A DNA stretch of 64,000 nt from Minisyncoccota bacterium (lineage in GTDB: Bacteria; Patescibacteriota; Minisyncoccia; Phycocordibacterales; Zambryskibacteraceae): the NCBI GenBank assembly GCA_020059045.1, contig JAGVCW010000018.1, positions 25,320-89,319 on the forward strand, given 5' to 3'. The position numbers and the translations under genes are program-made. Shown here one piece after another: positions 37,926 through 48,216 of this stretch (its first letter is position 1; the number at the start of each line of letters is the position of its first letter). The notes under the pieces are model-generated. The model saw nothing but the letters and a program-made list of their open reading frames with translations, was not told the origin of the DNA and did not search any database.

Positions 37926-39578
37926 CGGTATCTCAATATAGAATGTTGAGCCCTTTCCTTTACCATCTGACTCCACCCACACTCGCCCCTTATGTGCCTC
38001 AACCATTTGCTTAGCAACATATAGTCCTAGTCCTGTCCCAGAGACATTTGTTTTGGATGCGTCCTTAGCTCGCGAAAACATTGAAAAGAGCTTCGATGTT
38101 TCCTCAGGTGCTATACCCACACCAGTGTCAGTTATTGAGAACCTAATTATATGATCAGAAGACTTCCCCACAGAAACTGTGATACCTCCTTTTGGTGTGT
38201 ACTTTATCGAATTATCAACAATATTACCTATAACTTGCTTAATCTTACCTCGGTCGGCTCTTACCATGTATTGCCCGGGATTTGCCTTGTACTCAAAGCT
38301 AAGGCCTTTTTTCTCTACATTTGGACGCAGTTCAGCTACTACTTCTCGAGCAAGCACTTCCGCATCAAAGTCTGTTAATTCGTATTTCATTCTTCCCTGC
38401 TCAATTCGTGATACATCAAGGAACTCGTTTACAATTTTAATAAGGCTCTTTGATGATTGATCAATAATACCTATTTGGTCCATGATCTTTGGAGGTACTT
38501 CGCCAAAGTCTCCTTCCAGAAGCATAGAAGCATATCCATCAATTGCTGTCAGTGGAGCTCGAATTTGATGTGATGCAAATGATAAGAACTGGGATTTAAG
38601 CTGATCTAATTCCCTGAGTCTTGTATTCGCCTTCTCTAAGTCTTGTGCAAGCTTCTCTATCCTTTCGCGCTGCTTAATTTCACGTTCAACACTTCTGATA
38701 AGTAGGTACCCGAAAACAAGTGTAAGCAGGACAGTTATGGTATTTAAGATAATGGCAGTTCCTCCATCTATGAATGTATATTGGGTTCCTATAAGTGCAA
38801 CAAGACCAGCAACGAGCATCTGTACTCCCAAAACCTTTATGTTAAAGGCCTGGAACTTGACAATTAAATATGCAAGGAACGCTACAAATACAATCATTCC
38901 AAATAGGCCGTATATTTCAAAAGTATAGTTGCCTGTTCTCTCAGAAATCTGTCCAGCAATGAAGAATGCGAATATGAATCCCAAGATGCCGATGGTTAGT
39001 AGGCTAATCTGTTTTCGTAGCTGACTTTTTGCCTCAAAAAATTTATAAATACCAAACCCCAGAATAATGACAGACAAAATAAGCTTAAGATAAAATACAT
39101 AGCTCAAAAACAAAGGGCTCTCCAGAGCCACACACTCCTGCAGATCATATTCTGTTAAATATGACGTTGTTGGCGCAGCAATAATAATTGGCAAAAGTAG
39201 CAGTGCGAAACCAATCTTTGCAATTATTGGGGCATCCTTCTTTGTAATAAATACATATACAAAATAAAGACACAGTTCAAACAGAAGTACACTGAAAATT
39301 TCAATAGGTGCCCACGAGAACATAAGAACACTTGCCTTATCGTAGTTTATCCAAATTGCAAGATCGAGAAACGCCCATAATGAGAATACCAGACTAATGG
39401 AGAGTAATATTTTGGCCAAAAGGTCCTTTTTGTTTTGTGTGTATACAAAAACTCCTGCCAAAAGTGCAATTATTGCTGTAGGTATGTGCGAGTAATATAA
39501 AAGCTTTAAGAGATTATCGACAAACTCCCCACAGTAGGCGAGGTTCTCTGAAAAGTTGAAATCAATAATTTCTAGCAT
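37911..39578 (-). CDS. sensor histidine kinase with a multi-TM N-terminal sensor domain
   Basis: 555 aa with 6-7 predicted TM helices. The HisKA H-box is FASHQIRAPLTAI, and HATPase_c N/G boxes are present (DNSIKYT, DTGVGI, GTGLGL). Confidence 0.85.
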   Translation of the reverse strand: MLEIIDFNFSENLAYCGEFVDNLLKLLYYSHIPTAIIALLAGVFVYTQNKKDLLAKILLSISLVFSLWAFLDLAIWINYDKASVLMFSWAPIEIFSVLLFELCLYFVYVFITKKDAPIIAKIGFALLLLPIIIAAPTTSYLTEYDLQECVALESPLFLSYVFYLKLILSVIILGFGIYKFFEAKSQLRKQISLLTIGILGFIFAFFIAGQISERTGNYTFEIYGLFGMIVFVAFLAYLIVKFQAFNIKVLGVQMLVAGLVALIGTQYTFIDGGTAIILNTITVLLTLVFGYLLIRSVEREIKQRERIEKLAQDLEKANTRLRELDQLKSQFLSFASHQIRAPLTAIDGYASMLLEGDFGEVPPKIMDQIGIIDQSSKSLIKIVNEFLDVSRIEQGRMKYELTDFDAEVLAREVVAELRPNVEKKGLSFEYKANPGQYMVRADRGKIKQVIGNIVDNSIKYTPKGGITVSVGKSSDHIIRFSITDTGVGIAPEETSKLFSMFSRAKDASKTNVSGTGLGLYVAKQMVEAHKGRVWVESDGKGKGSTFYIEIPGKEE

Positions 39579-39594
39579 ATGAGATATTATAACC

Positions 39595-40353
39595 TTAATT
39601 TTCGGGAATAAGCTTCTTTAAGTGGGCTGGGTATGCAAGCCAGTGCTTGTATTTCTGATACCCAATTGGTACTAATGGAAATATTAAGGGCTTTAATCCA
39701 TAGTATCTCCCAGCCTCAACCAAACTTGGGTATATTTTCTCTTTCAAAAAAGAAACTTCTGATCCATCGTCAAAGAGAAAATTCTCAAACAAAACTGCAT
39801 TACAAATAAATAAAGATAAGTACTGAAAGTAGTAATAATCGGATGCAGTTCTCGCTGTATTAAACCATTTAGTTATATCCACAAACATTTTTTCCCCACT
39901 ATTAGGATATTCGTTTAAAAGTAGTTTGTGGTGAAAATCATGGACACTTTCTCCCCAAAGTGTCTTAACTTTAGAAAACATTTGGCCCTCATACTTAGCT
40001 ATGTCAACAATTTTTTTAGCTTCAAGGATGTGATTATTTTTATTTACTTCGTCAAGAAATAGTAGTTTACAAAGGCAATATTTTTCCATATTAGCACCGA
40101 CAAGCTTACCATCGTATTCAAGAATAAGCGGCTCAAGATTAAGATCCTTCGCTAGTTCAATAAAATATCTAAGCTCTAAGTTGGGTGTTGCTACGGTTCT
40201 TGAAAGTATTGCCAGGGGCTTATCTAAACTAAATGGGATGAGGTTCTCCCCCCAAGTGCTAATAATTTTCTGCCGAAGTGTGTCATCACACTGTCTTCTG
40301 GCGAGCTCTTCTTTTATTGTTGAGAATGGAGTGTATATTTCGGTGGGTGTCAT
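39595..40353 (-). CDS. hypothetical protein
   Basis: 252 aa with no recognised family. Confidence 0.4.
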   Translation of the reverse strand: MTPTEIYTPFSTIKEELARRQCDDTLRQKIISTWGENLIPFSLDKPLAILSRTVATPNLELRYFIELAKDLNLEPLILEYDGKLVGANMEKYCLCKLLFLDEVNKNNHILEAKKIVDIAKYEGQMFSKVKTLWGESVHDFHHKLLLNEYPNSGEKMFVDITKWFNTARTASDYYYFQYLSLFICNAVLFENFLFDDGSEVSFLKEKIYPSLVEAGRYYGLKPLIFPLVPIGYQKYKHWLAYPAHLKKLIPEN

Positions 40354-40745
40354 ACAGCAGAAATACTTAAATCTGATTCGGAAGACTCATTTTCCTCCAA
40401 AATCGTACACTCGCCTTCTATTGCATATTCCTCCAATATTTCCTCTGAACACAGAACAATTTCGCATTCTCTTTCATTTTCTGAACAGGAATCAATGGGA
40501 GGGATCATATTGGCACTTTTGTATATAATTTTAAAAACATTTACTCCCTGAATTTGATCACACCTAGGATCAAGGGTGTCACATTCTTCTATAAAACAGC
40601 TTTCAAGTTTTGGGTCGCAAGGTATCTTAGCAAACACAATATAGTCTTGAAGAATAATAAATCTTATAAACGACATTGTTATGGACAACAATACAAGAAA
40701 CATTGTTAAACCAATTAATACATTAGAGATTTTTTTGTCTGACAT
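40350..40745 (-). CDS. hypothetical membrane-anchored Cys-rich protein
   Basis: 131 aa with an N-terminal TM helix. The C-terminal region has 8 Cys (CDPKLESCFIEECDTLDPRCDQ...). Confidence 0.4.
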   Translation of the reverse strand: MSDKKISNVLIGLTMFLVLLSITMSFIRFIILQDYIVFAKIPCDPKLESCFIEECDTLDPRCDQIQGVNVFKIIYKSANMIPPIDSCSENERECEIVLCSEEILEEYAIEGECTILEENESSESDLSISAV

Positions 40746-40762
40746 TGCTTACTAATTATAGA

Positions 40763-41674
40763 TCAAAATAGAAAATATGTACCAACAATGATGAGTACAA
40801 TCGAACCAGCCTTGTGCATAAGGCTTCTTGCGCTTATATCCTCCTTGATTATGTGTGGAAATAAAAGGGTGAGTAGTATCCCCTCAAGAAATACAAACAG
40901 CGGCTGATACCCAGTTGTGATCATTACAAGAGCCGCTGGGGCAAGTAGTAATGCGAAATTATAAAAACTGTTACCAAGAATAGTTAGTCCTTCATTTGTT
41001 ATATTTATGCTGAATAACTTCCAATTATGCTTCCTAATTAAAAAAAGAAAGTCTGATCTGTACTTCTTTACACAAGTAAAAAGACATAATCCAAAAATGA
41101 AAAGGCCCACATACTGCCAGAAAGTTGCTTTCCAGAAACCTTCCTCAACCGCCGCTAATTTAAATAGGACCTCGTATAATGCAAAGGATATTGAGGAAGC
41201 AAACATGAGTAGCGTTATTTTTCTTTTAAAGCTCACACCATTATCGTCAGTAATTTCAAATGACAGTATTATTGCTCCAAGCATGATTATAAGTCCTCCA
41301 ATAATTTGTGATGTTGTCAAATGTTCTCCAAGGAAAAACAGGCCCATGAAATAGCCAAAAACAGGAATGGTCTGAAAAAATGGTACAACGATAGAAGCTT
41401 CCTCGTCTTCAAGAGCATACAGGTACAAATAAATTGCAAATGAGCTTAGAATTCCGCAAACAACAAGAATCAAGATGTTTTTGTGCCCAATACTAAAAAC
41501 GCTATTGTCGATAATAAATGCTATTGGCAACATTATTACCCCAAAAAAAGTAGAGTAAAGAACGAGCGCTCCCTTTCCGACACCCTGCATGTGCTTTGAA
41601 AGTAAAAACTTATCGAGGTGATTCGTCAGGCTCCAAAATAGTGGTCCGAGAATTGCAATAAAGAGCCAGTGCAT
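40763..41674 (-). CDS. EamA/DMT-superfamily 10-TM transporter
   Basis: 303 aa with two EamA-like 5-TM repeats. Confidence 0.68.
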   Translation of the reverse strand: MHWLFIAILGPLFWSLTNHLDKFLLSKHMQGVGKGALVLYSTFFGVIMLPIAFIIDNSVFSIGHKNILILVVCGILSSFAIYLYLYALEDEEASIVVPFFQTIPVFGYFMGLFFLGEHLTTSQIIGGLIIMLGAIILSFEITDDNGVSFKRKITLLMFASSISFALYEVLFKLAAVEEGFWKATFWQYVGLFIFGLCLFTCVKKYRSDFLFLIRKHNWKLFSINITNEGLTILGNSFYNFALLLAPAALVMITTGYQPLFVFLEGILLTLLFPHIIKEDISARSLMHKAGSIVLIIVGTYFLF

Positions 41675-41692
41675 TATTTTAGTTGTCTACAA

Positions 41693-42757
41693 TTATATAC
41701 CCTGATTCCGTATTTCACTTATAAGCTTCCTTGTCTCCTTAGATAACTTCTTTGGCATTTCAATTATTATTTTTACCAGTATATCTCCTCTCTTGCCAGA
41801 ACTGAATGGAACTCCTTTATTCTTAAGACGCAGTATCTCACCAAAGGCGATCCCTTCTGGAATTTTGAGTTTAACCTCACCATCAAGAGTTTTAAGTGGA
41901 TACTCAGTGCCAAGAAGGGCATCAGATAGTTTAATGTGTATTGTTGCAAACAAATTGCTTCCTTCCTTAGTAAAGAGAGTATGCTTACGTACATGAATTT
42001 TAATATACAGGTCCCCCGCCGATCCTCCGGTTATGGCCTCGCCCATACCCGTTAGCCGTATTACCTCTCCATTATCAATCCCTGCTGGAATCTTGACCTT
42101 TATTTCTTGCTCTCTCTTTAGTACCCCTCTACCATGGCAGGAGTCACATTTCTCCTTAGGGATCTTCCCAGTGCCATGGCAAGCCTCACAAGTACGTGTA
42201 GTAGCGAATGACCCTATTATTGACCTACGTACCTCCTGGACCGATCCCTTCCCATTACAAGTTGAGCAAGTATCAAGCTTGCTTCCTGGCCTTGCTCCGT
42301 TTCCTTGGCAGACATTACAAGCCGCAGTTTTGTTTAAAAGTATTACCCGCTCGACGCCAAACACAGAATCTTCAAAAGCAATTTCTAGGTCCATCGAAAT
42401 ATCGCGTCCTCTCTTTCCTCTACTTCGTCCTCCACCAAATATATCTCCAAATATATCTCCAAGGTCAAACTCAACTCCGCCATTCCCACCAGAAAATCCC
42501 GAGAAGTCGAATCCGCCAAAGTCATTCGGATTAAATCCGCTTCCTGCTCCTTCTGCACTACCAAACGTATCGTATTGCGAGCGCTTCGTGTCATCAGACA
42601 GTATCGTGTAAGCCTCATTTACTTCCTTAAACTTACTTTCATCACCACCTTTTTTGTCTGGATGATATTCATGCGCAAGTTTACGAAACGCCTTTTTAAT
42701 TTCGTCCTTAGTGGCTGTTCTATTTACACCGAGTATTGAGTAATAATCCTTCGACAT
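41693..42757 (-). CDS. dnaJ: molecular chaperone DnaJ
   Basis: 354 aa with a J-domain (DYYSILGV...HPDK), a G/F-rich region and four CxxCxGxG zinc-finger repeats. Confidence 0.93.
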   Translation of the reverse strand: MSKDYYSILGVNRTATKDEIKKAFRKLAHEYHPDKKGGDESKFKEVNEAYTILSDDTKRSQYDTFGSAEGAGSGFNPNDFGGFDFSGFSGGNGGVEFDLGDIFGDIFGGGRSRGKRGRDISMDLEIAFEDSVFGVERVILLNKTAACNVCQGNGARPGSKLDTCSTCNGKGSVQEVRRSIIGSFATTRTCEACHGTGKIPKEKCDSCHGRGVLKREQEIKVKIPAGIDNGEVIRLTGMGEAITGGSAGDLYIKIHVRKHTLFTKEGSNLFATIHIKLSDALLGTEYPLKTLDGEVKLKIPEGIAFGEILRLKNKGVPFSSGKRGDILVKIIIEMPKKLSKETRKLISEIRNQGI

Positions 42758-42898
42758 AAGTATAATTTTACCACTTCTCGCCCCGTAGGAAATAAGCTAT
42801 TTATTAGCTTCTATTTCGTACGGGGTCATCCTTTGTAGTTGAATAGTAAGAAGCATTGTAAACAAAAAGGACCCGCTTTCGCAAGTCCCGACGCTCTC

Positions 42899-43132
42899 CT
42901 ATGACACTATCCCGCTTTGCTTTGGCAGAACTTGCGTGATCTCGATATCGACAGCAATCCCGTCAATTTCAAGAGGCAATCTTTCACACTGTCCTTCATC
43001 CGGAAGCTTTACCGCTATCCGGAATGATCCTGACACTCGAGTCAGCTCTACCTTGCCTGGAATGTGCTCACTTTGGAGCGTTCTTTCGAGTTTCCCCTTT
43101 GCAGTCTGAGCCACAATCCTCGAGATCTCCAT
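42899..43132 (-). CDS. hypothetical small protein
   Basis: 77 aa ORF inside the dnaK operon. No family recognised. Confidence 0.3.
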   Translation of the reverse strand: MEISRIVAQTAKGKLERTLQSEHIPGKVELTRVSGSFRIAVKLPDEGQCERLPLEIDGIAVDIEITQVLPKQSGIVS

Positions 43133-43204
43133 TCACTATCCTCCGGAGCGGGTGGACTTCCTCAATAAATCTATTAAGAAAAGCAGGTGTTGTCAATAGC
43201 AAGC

Positions 43205-43234
43205 AATAAAAAAAGACTTGTTAACACAAGTCTT
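43205..43234 (-). terminator. intrinsic terminator (minus strand)
   Basis: On the minus strand AAGACTTGTgttaACAAGTCTT is followed by TTTTTTT. Confidence 0.6.
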
Positions 43235-43238
43235 ACAT

Positions 43239-44360
43239 TCACTTTTTAATTTCCAGCCACGTTCCATTGACAAGAACCTCACTTCTTTCGCTTGTTTCAA
43301 CTTTTACCACAACGGCCTGGAATAATGGATCCGAAAGACTCTCTACTGCACCGGCATAATCTCCTAGTGTAGGTTCAAGGTTACCTGTCTGAGGAGAGCT
43401 CACAGTTTGAATTGTAGCTTTTACTCTGTTGTTAAAATCTGATGCAGCCATATGCAAACCAAGTTTAGGAATAGCGACTGGGTTCTCTTTTTTGATACGA
43501 GCCCCTTCAAGTCGGTAATAAACCCAAAACCAAGTGGTAATGCGAAGTGGTGTACCCTCCTTTGTTTTCATTGCAGGTCCTTTTACTTCTGCAATTTCAA
43601 GTCTGGCATACTGCTTCCAGTCAAAGTCTTTGTCCACTGAAACACTTACAATTCCCTGTCCAAGGGACCTTGTTGTTTTTACAAAAGAAATCTGCACATT
43701 GCTATTTAAGCTTCTTTCTTCTAGTGTCCCTAATGCCCAGTCTCCGCTTACCAGAAACACTCCATCATCAAAAGTAGGCGGCTCTCTTGAGACGGCAGTA
43801 ACAATGAAGTTCGAGGAAAAGGCAAGTAGAAAAGTTGGTAATAGGGCACGAAAAACATAGCTTGCTCTATACTCTCTTGGGCTTCTAGACCTTGGAGAAA
43901 AAAATAGCAGTACACCAGTAATACCTAGAACAGCAAGACATAGTATTAGCCCCTTTACTCCAAGAAACAGAAATAGAGCGGCAACAAGCAAATAGATCTT
44001 GGGATACTCAAGCAAACTCTCCCATGCCAATCTGAGTGGGTAGAAGAAGTTTGATAGAGCTTGCTTCGCGCTCGCCATAATACCTCTTGCAAAGTCCGAA
44101 AGCATCCAGCCAAGCCTTTCATATTTGCCTGGGCCTCTATCTGCAAGCAGGAGTAGTTCTTCGTAGAGAACCATATCCTCGCCTATCTTTATTGAGGCAT
44201 CAACATCTAATCGAGGCAGGTTAGCGAATTGCTTCTCAGTTTCCTCAGCAAGTCTCAGGAATGCCAGCTTCCCAGTTTCAGTCTGCGCTTCATTTGCTAA
44301 CTCTCTCCATGTTAAGGCGGGATTCTCACTGTGCCTTCTCAGAAACTCTCTTTTGTTCAT
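43239..44360 (-). CDS. hypothetical membrane protein
   Basis: 373 aa with a cytoplasmic N-terminus, 2-3 TM helices and a large C-terminal domain. It sits within the dnaK-dnaJ interval. Confidence 0.45.
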   Translation of the reverse strand: MNKREFLRRHSENPALTWRELANEAQTETGKLAFLRLAEETEKQFANLPRLDVDASIKIGEDMVLYEELLLLADRGPGKYERLGWMLSDFARGIMASAKQALSNFFYPLRLAWESLLEYPKIYLLVAALFLFLGVKGLILCLAVLGITGVLLFFSPRSRSPREYRASYVFRALLPTFLLAFSSNFIVTAVSREPPTFDDGVFLVSGDWALGTLEERSLNSNVQISFVKTTRSLGQGIVSVSVDKDFDWKQYARLEIAEVKGPAMKTKEGTPLRITTWFWVYYRLEGARIKKENPVAIPKLGLHMAASDFNNRVKATIQTVSSPQTGNLEPTLGDYAGAVESLSDPLFQAVVVKVETSERSEVLVNGTWLEIKK

Positions 44361-44481
44361 GACTCCCTCCTCTGTCTTGGGTGTATGGAAACGTCAACGA
44401 GCGTCTAATCCAGTTATATCAGAATATAGTACTAATGTAAAGACCTATCCACTTGATACCAAAACCCTCGAAACTGCTTAT

Positions 44482-45372
44482 CTAGTTTGAGGCGTCAATG
44501 CTCCTCCAAGAAGCAAAAATGGACATAGGAAGTAGGCGATTTGAGTCCTTGTGCTTTAGAGCAAGTTCTCCTTTCTCAGTTTTTCCTTTGTAACCTTGTG
44601 TAACGTCTAAGAGCAAGTTTTCGAGCGAAATCGCCGAAAGATCTGTTGAATACATATTCAAAATAATAAACAGAGGTTTGTCACTAAGCAGTTTTCCGCA
44701 TTCTGTAAGTAGTGGCAGTAAATTTTCCTCAATTTTCCATACTTCACCTTTTGGCCCCTTACCATAGCTTGGCGGGTCCATCACTATCGCATCATACCTC
44801 TGTCCCCTCTTCACCTCTCTTTTAAGAAATTTAAGGGCGTCATCAATTATCCATCGAATAGGTGTGTTTTCTAGCCGAGATAATTTTTGATTCTCCTTTG
44901 CCCAGTCAATTGTATTTTTTGACCCATCCACATGAGTTACTTTTGCACCAGTCCGTGCAAGTGCAAGTGTTGCAAGCCCAGTGTAGCCGAATAAGTTGAG
45001 GGCATTGATTTGTCTACCACTTTTCCTCACAAGTTCCTCCATCCATCTCCACTCCTCAACCTGCTCGGGGAATACTCCAATATGCTTTGACGTTCCGCCA
45101 AGCATAATTTTCGCCTTAAAGCCGAATGTTTCAATCTCAAATTGGTGAGGAACACTGTTCTTGTATACCCAACTACCTTTAGAAACTTTTTCGAATCGTG
45201 CTTGGGCTTTATCCCACTCAACTTTGGGCAAGATCGGATTCCACCAGGCTCTTGGCTCGCTTCTCACTATTGTTATACCTCCAACTCTTTCCAATTTTTT
45301 ACCCAGGCCTGAATCCAGAAGTTCGTACCCCTTTCCGTCATTAGTCCAAACTTTAATATGTTCCGGGGTCAT
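44482..45372 (-). CDS. class I SAM-dependent methyltransferase, RlmI/YccW-like (rRNA m5C family)
   Basis: 296 aa. The motifs LNLFGYTGLATLALARTGAKVTHVD (motif I) and IVMDPPSYG (motif IV, DPPS) are present. Confidence 0.7.
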   Translation of the reverse strand: MTPEHIKVWTNDGKGYELLDSGLGKKLERVGGITIVRSEPRAWWNPILPKVEWDKAQARFEKVSKGSWVYKNSVPHQFEIETFGFKAKIMLGGTSKHIGVFPEQVEEWRWMEELVRKSGRQINALNLFGYTGLATLALARTGAKVTHVDGSKNTIDWAKENQKLSRLENTPIRWIIDDALKFLKREVKRGQRYDAIVMDPPSYGKGPKGEVWKIEENLLPLLTECGKLLSDKPLFIILNMYSTDLSAISLENLLLDVTQGYKGKTEKGELALKHKDSNRLLPMSIFASWRSIDASN

Positions 45373-45440
45373 GATTAAGTACTAAGTGTGAGAGTTCTAA
45401 GTTCTAAGTACTAAGTAGCGCAAAGTTCACCCCCCACGTT

Positions 45441-47360
45441 CTACGCCTTGGGTGATTCGTTATCTTTCTTCTCCTCAAATTCAGCCTCTCGAGCTCTGCC
45501 TGTGTCCGAATCTTCTTTGGCAGAGCTCGACCCTGAGGCAGCAGCCGTAGGGCCGGCGTTTTGTTCCTGCATATACTTCCCAATCTTTTGAAGTTCCATT
45601 GAGAGTTCTTCGGTAGCCTTCTTAATATTTTCAATATTATCCGTGTCTTTTGATTTCTTGAGCAGATCAATCTTTGCTTCAATACCGCTCTTTACGTCTA
45701 CTGGTACTTTATCCCCCGCATCCTTAATTGATTTCTCCGCAGTATATGCGAGTTGTTCTGCCAGATTGCGCACCTCAACAAGATCTTTCTTTTTTTTGTC
45801 TTCTTCCCCATGTAGCTCTGCATCTTTTTTCATTTTCTCTATGTCGTCCTTAGACAGTCCGGAGCTAGCTTCTATACGTATGGACTGTTCCTTACCCGAT
45901 GTCTTGTCTTTTGCTTTCACACTTAGTATTCCGTTTGCATCTATGTCAAAGGAGACTTCAACTTGTGGCATACCTCGAGGTGATGGAGGGATTCCATCGA
46001 GAATGAATCTTCCAAGGCTTTTGTTGTCACTTGCCATAGGTCTTTCACCTTGAACTATGTGAATCTCAACTGATGTCTGATTATCTGCGGCAGTGGAGAA
46101 AGTCTGTGACTTCGAAGCAGGTATTGTTGTATTTTTTTCGATGAGCTTAGTTGCTACTCCACCAAGAGTTTCTATACCTAGCGACAGCGGGATGACATCG
46201 AGCAGGAGAATGTCTTTCACATCTCCAGCTATAATTCCGCCCTGTACAGCCGCACCGAGCGCCACAACTTCGTCTGGGTTTATGGATTTGTTCGGATCCT
46301 TCCCAAAGTAGGATTTCACTGCTTCAGCGATAGCTGGCATTCGAGTCTGTCCACCTACTAGAATTATTTCATTAATATCACCCACCTTAAAAGGAGATGC
46401 TTCCATAGCACGCTTAGTAATAACCATAGCCCGATCCACAAATTCTCTAGATAGTTCTTCAAGCTTTGCACGAGTCATTTTGACAAGCAGATGTCTTGGC
46501 CCACTTGAGTCAGATGTAATGAAAGGGATATTTATCTCCGTATCAAGCGCCGTTGAGAGCTCAATCTTTGCTTTCTCTGCCCCTTCATCAAGTCTCTGTA
46601 GTGCAAGAGGATCAATTCGTACATCTATACCAGACTCTCTTTTAAACTCTTCTGCAAGCCAGTTAATAATCTTTTGGTCTATATCTCGTCCTCCCAAGTG
46701 GCTATCACCGTCAGTAGACTTCACCTCCACCACATCATCCCCCACTTCTAGAATTGAAATATCGAATGTCCCTCCTCCGAAGTCAAACACAGCAATCTTT
46801 TCGTTCTTCTTTTTATTAAATCCGTATGCGAGGGCCGCTGCTGTTGGCTCATTTATTATTCTTTTGACGTCAAGACCTGCTATTTTACCAGCGTCTTTGG
46901 TTGCTTGTCTTTGTGCATCGTTAAAGTATGCAGGTACTGTGATGATAGCTTCTGTAATTTTTTCTCCAAGTTTAGTCTCAGCGTCAGTCTTAAGTTTCTG
47001 CAATATCATTGCAGAAATCTCTTCTGGTCGGTAGCTTTTGTCACTCATTTTTACTTCCACCCCACCATTTGCAGATTTCGCAATTTCAAATGGAACATTT
47101 GTCTTATCCTTCTGAACAGCCGGGTCATCAAATGTGTGCCCAATGAATCTCTTGATTCCGAATATAGTATTCTTTGGGTTTGTTACCGCCTGCCTTTTAG
47201 CTAGTAGTCCCACTAGACGCTCATTTGTCTTAGATATAGCTACAACAGAAGGAGTTGTCCGCGCTCCCTCAGCGTTTTCAATGATTTTAGGTACACCAAG
47301 CTCCATTACAGCTATAGCTGAGTTTGTCGTCCCCAAGTCAATTCCTATAATTTTAGACAT
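45441..47360 (-). CDS. dnaK: molecular chaperone DnaK (Hsp70)
   Basis: 639 aa with [18 protein letters not shown] and a C-terminal EEKK tail. Confidence 0.96.
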   Translation of the reverse strand: MSKIIGIDLGTTNSAIAVMELGVPKIIENAEGARTTPSVVAISKTNERLVGLLAKRQAVTNPKNTIFGIKRFIGHTFDDPAVQKDKTNVPFEIAKSANGGVEVKMSDKSYRPEEISAMILQKLKTDAETKLGEKITEAIITVPAYFNDAQRQATKDAGKIAGLDVKRIINEPTAAALAYGFNKKKNEKIAVFDFGGGTFDISILEVGDDVVEVKSTDGDSHLGGRDIDQKIINWLAEEFKRESGIDVRIDPLALQRLDEGAEKAKIELSTALDTEINIPFITSDSSGPRHLLVKMTRAKLEELSREFVDRAMVITKRAMEASPFKVGDINEIILVGGQTRMPAIAEAVKSYFGKDPNKSINPDEVVALGAAVQGGIIAGDVKDILLLDVIPLSLGIETLGGVATKLIEKNTTIPASKSQTFSTAADNQTSVEIHIVQGERPMASDNKSLGRFILDGIPPSPRGMPQVEVSFDIDANGILSVKAKDKTSGKEQSIRIEASSGLSKDDIEKMKKDAELHGEEDKKKKDLVEVRNLAEQLAYTAEKSIKDAGDKVPVDVKSGIEAKIDLLKKSKDTDNIENIKKATEELSMELQKIGKYMQEQNAGPTAAASGSSSAKEDSDTGRAREAEFEEKKDNESPKA

Positions 47361-47393
47361 ATTTTTTACTTAAATTAAATTTTATGAACAAAT

Positions 47394-47422
47394 ATTGTAT
47401 AACCTTGCTCTCTATTTGTCAA
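47394..47422 (-). promoter_or_regulatory. sigma70-type promoter for dnaK, TTGACA-N17-TACAAT (minus strand), in the grpE-dnaK spacer
   Basis: The minus strand reads TTGACAaatagagagcaaggttaTACAAT, with the -35 at 47417-47422 and the -10 at 47394-47399. The dnaK ATG is about 35 nt downstream. Confidence 0.55.
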
Positions 47423-47451
47423 ACCCCTTATCCCTCCTTATTCCTCATTCT

Positions 47452-48105
47452 TTATTCATTATTCTTCCCTTCATACTCTCCAATCTGAACTTTAGCTGGT
47501 CTCACAAGCTTTCCATTTAGCATATACCCTGCCTGAAACACTCCCTTCACCATATGATCTTCTTCTTTTTTAGTAACAGGAACCATGTTTACTGCCTCAT
47601 GCAGTTTTGGGTCAAATGCTTCACCAAGGGCTTTTATTTTTTCTAAACCATGACTTTCAAGGGCCGCTACTAGTTGGCCAATACTTGATTCCATACCTTT
47701 CCTCCACTCGGGAGGCAACGCCTGCCAGGCGGCCTCATCCTTTCTAGCAATTTCAAAACTATCCAGTGCTGGGATAATATCAGATAGAAGTCCGGCAGTA
47801 GCCCATTTCATAAATGTTTCTCTGTCAGAACTATCTTGCTTACGAAGATTTAGGAAATCTGCCTTATCCTTTTGCCAATTTGTTAGGTATTCCTGCTTCT
47901 CCTTTTCAGCTCTCTTAAGTTTTTCCCTAAGTTTCTTTATGGTTTCCTGCATGGACTCTTCCGCGACAACTGAGTCATCCCTATACGCATCTTCCTCAAG
48001 ATGCGTCGGGCGATCATCCACAGATGATTTAGCCAGATCTGTGTCGGTGTCGACAGTTACGTCATCGGCCTCATGATTTTCGTTTTTATCATCATCTTTT
48101 TTCAT
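47452..48105 (-). CDS. grpE: nucleotide exchange factor GrpE
   Basis: The GrpE fold is clear (coiled-coil plus C-terminal beta domain, ...RKDEAAWQALPPEWRKGME...). The start is probably M at 48105 (MKKDDDKNE). The ORF track extends it to 48195 with a hydrophobic, unlikely N-terminus. Confidence 0.85.
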   Translation of the reverse strand: MKKDDDKNENHEADDVTVDTDTDLAKSSVDDRPTHLEEDAYRDDSVVAEESMQETIKKLREKLKRAEKEKQEYLTNWQKDKADFLNLRKQDSSDRETFMKWATAGLLSDIIPALDSFEIARKDEAAWQALPPEWRKGMESSIGQLVAALESHGLEKIKALGEAFDPKLHEAVNMVPVTKKEEDHMVKGVFQAGYMLNGKLVRPAKVQIGEYEGKNNE

Positions 48106-48149
48106 TTGAGTGCAGAAAATATACATTAAAACCCAAAATATTTGTAGTA

Positions 48150-48178
48150 TTGACCCGTGTATGAATGTAATATATAAT
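48150..48178 (+). promoter_or_regulatory. sigma70-type promoter, TTGACC-N17-TATAAT, for the divergent 48217 gene
   Basis: -35 TTGACC at 48150-48155 and -10 TATAAT at 48173-48178. A GAGG RBS sits 6 nt before the ATG at 48217. Confidence 0.55.
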
Positions 48179-48216
48179 ATTTCCAGAACGAACATTCACA
48201 TCAGCAACGAGGTTTC

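Noticed and set aside
45441-47373. Multiple plus-strand ORFs (45643-46053, 46480-47034, 46905-47204 and others) inside dnaK.
   Set aside because: They are antisense to a highly conserved Hsp70 gene, with S/P/A-rich translations typical of the reverse strand of a coding region.
48106-48216. A CIRCE/HrcA operator upstream of grpE (GAGTGCAG noted).
   Set aside because: Only one half-site-like string is present. No inverted partner lies at a 9 bp spacing.
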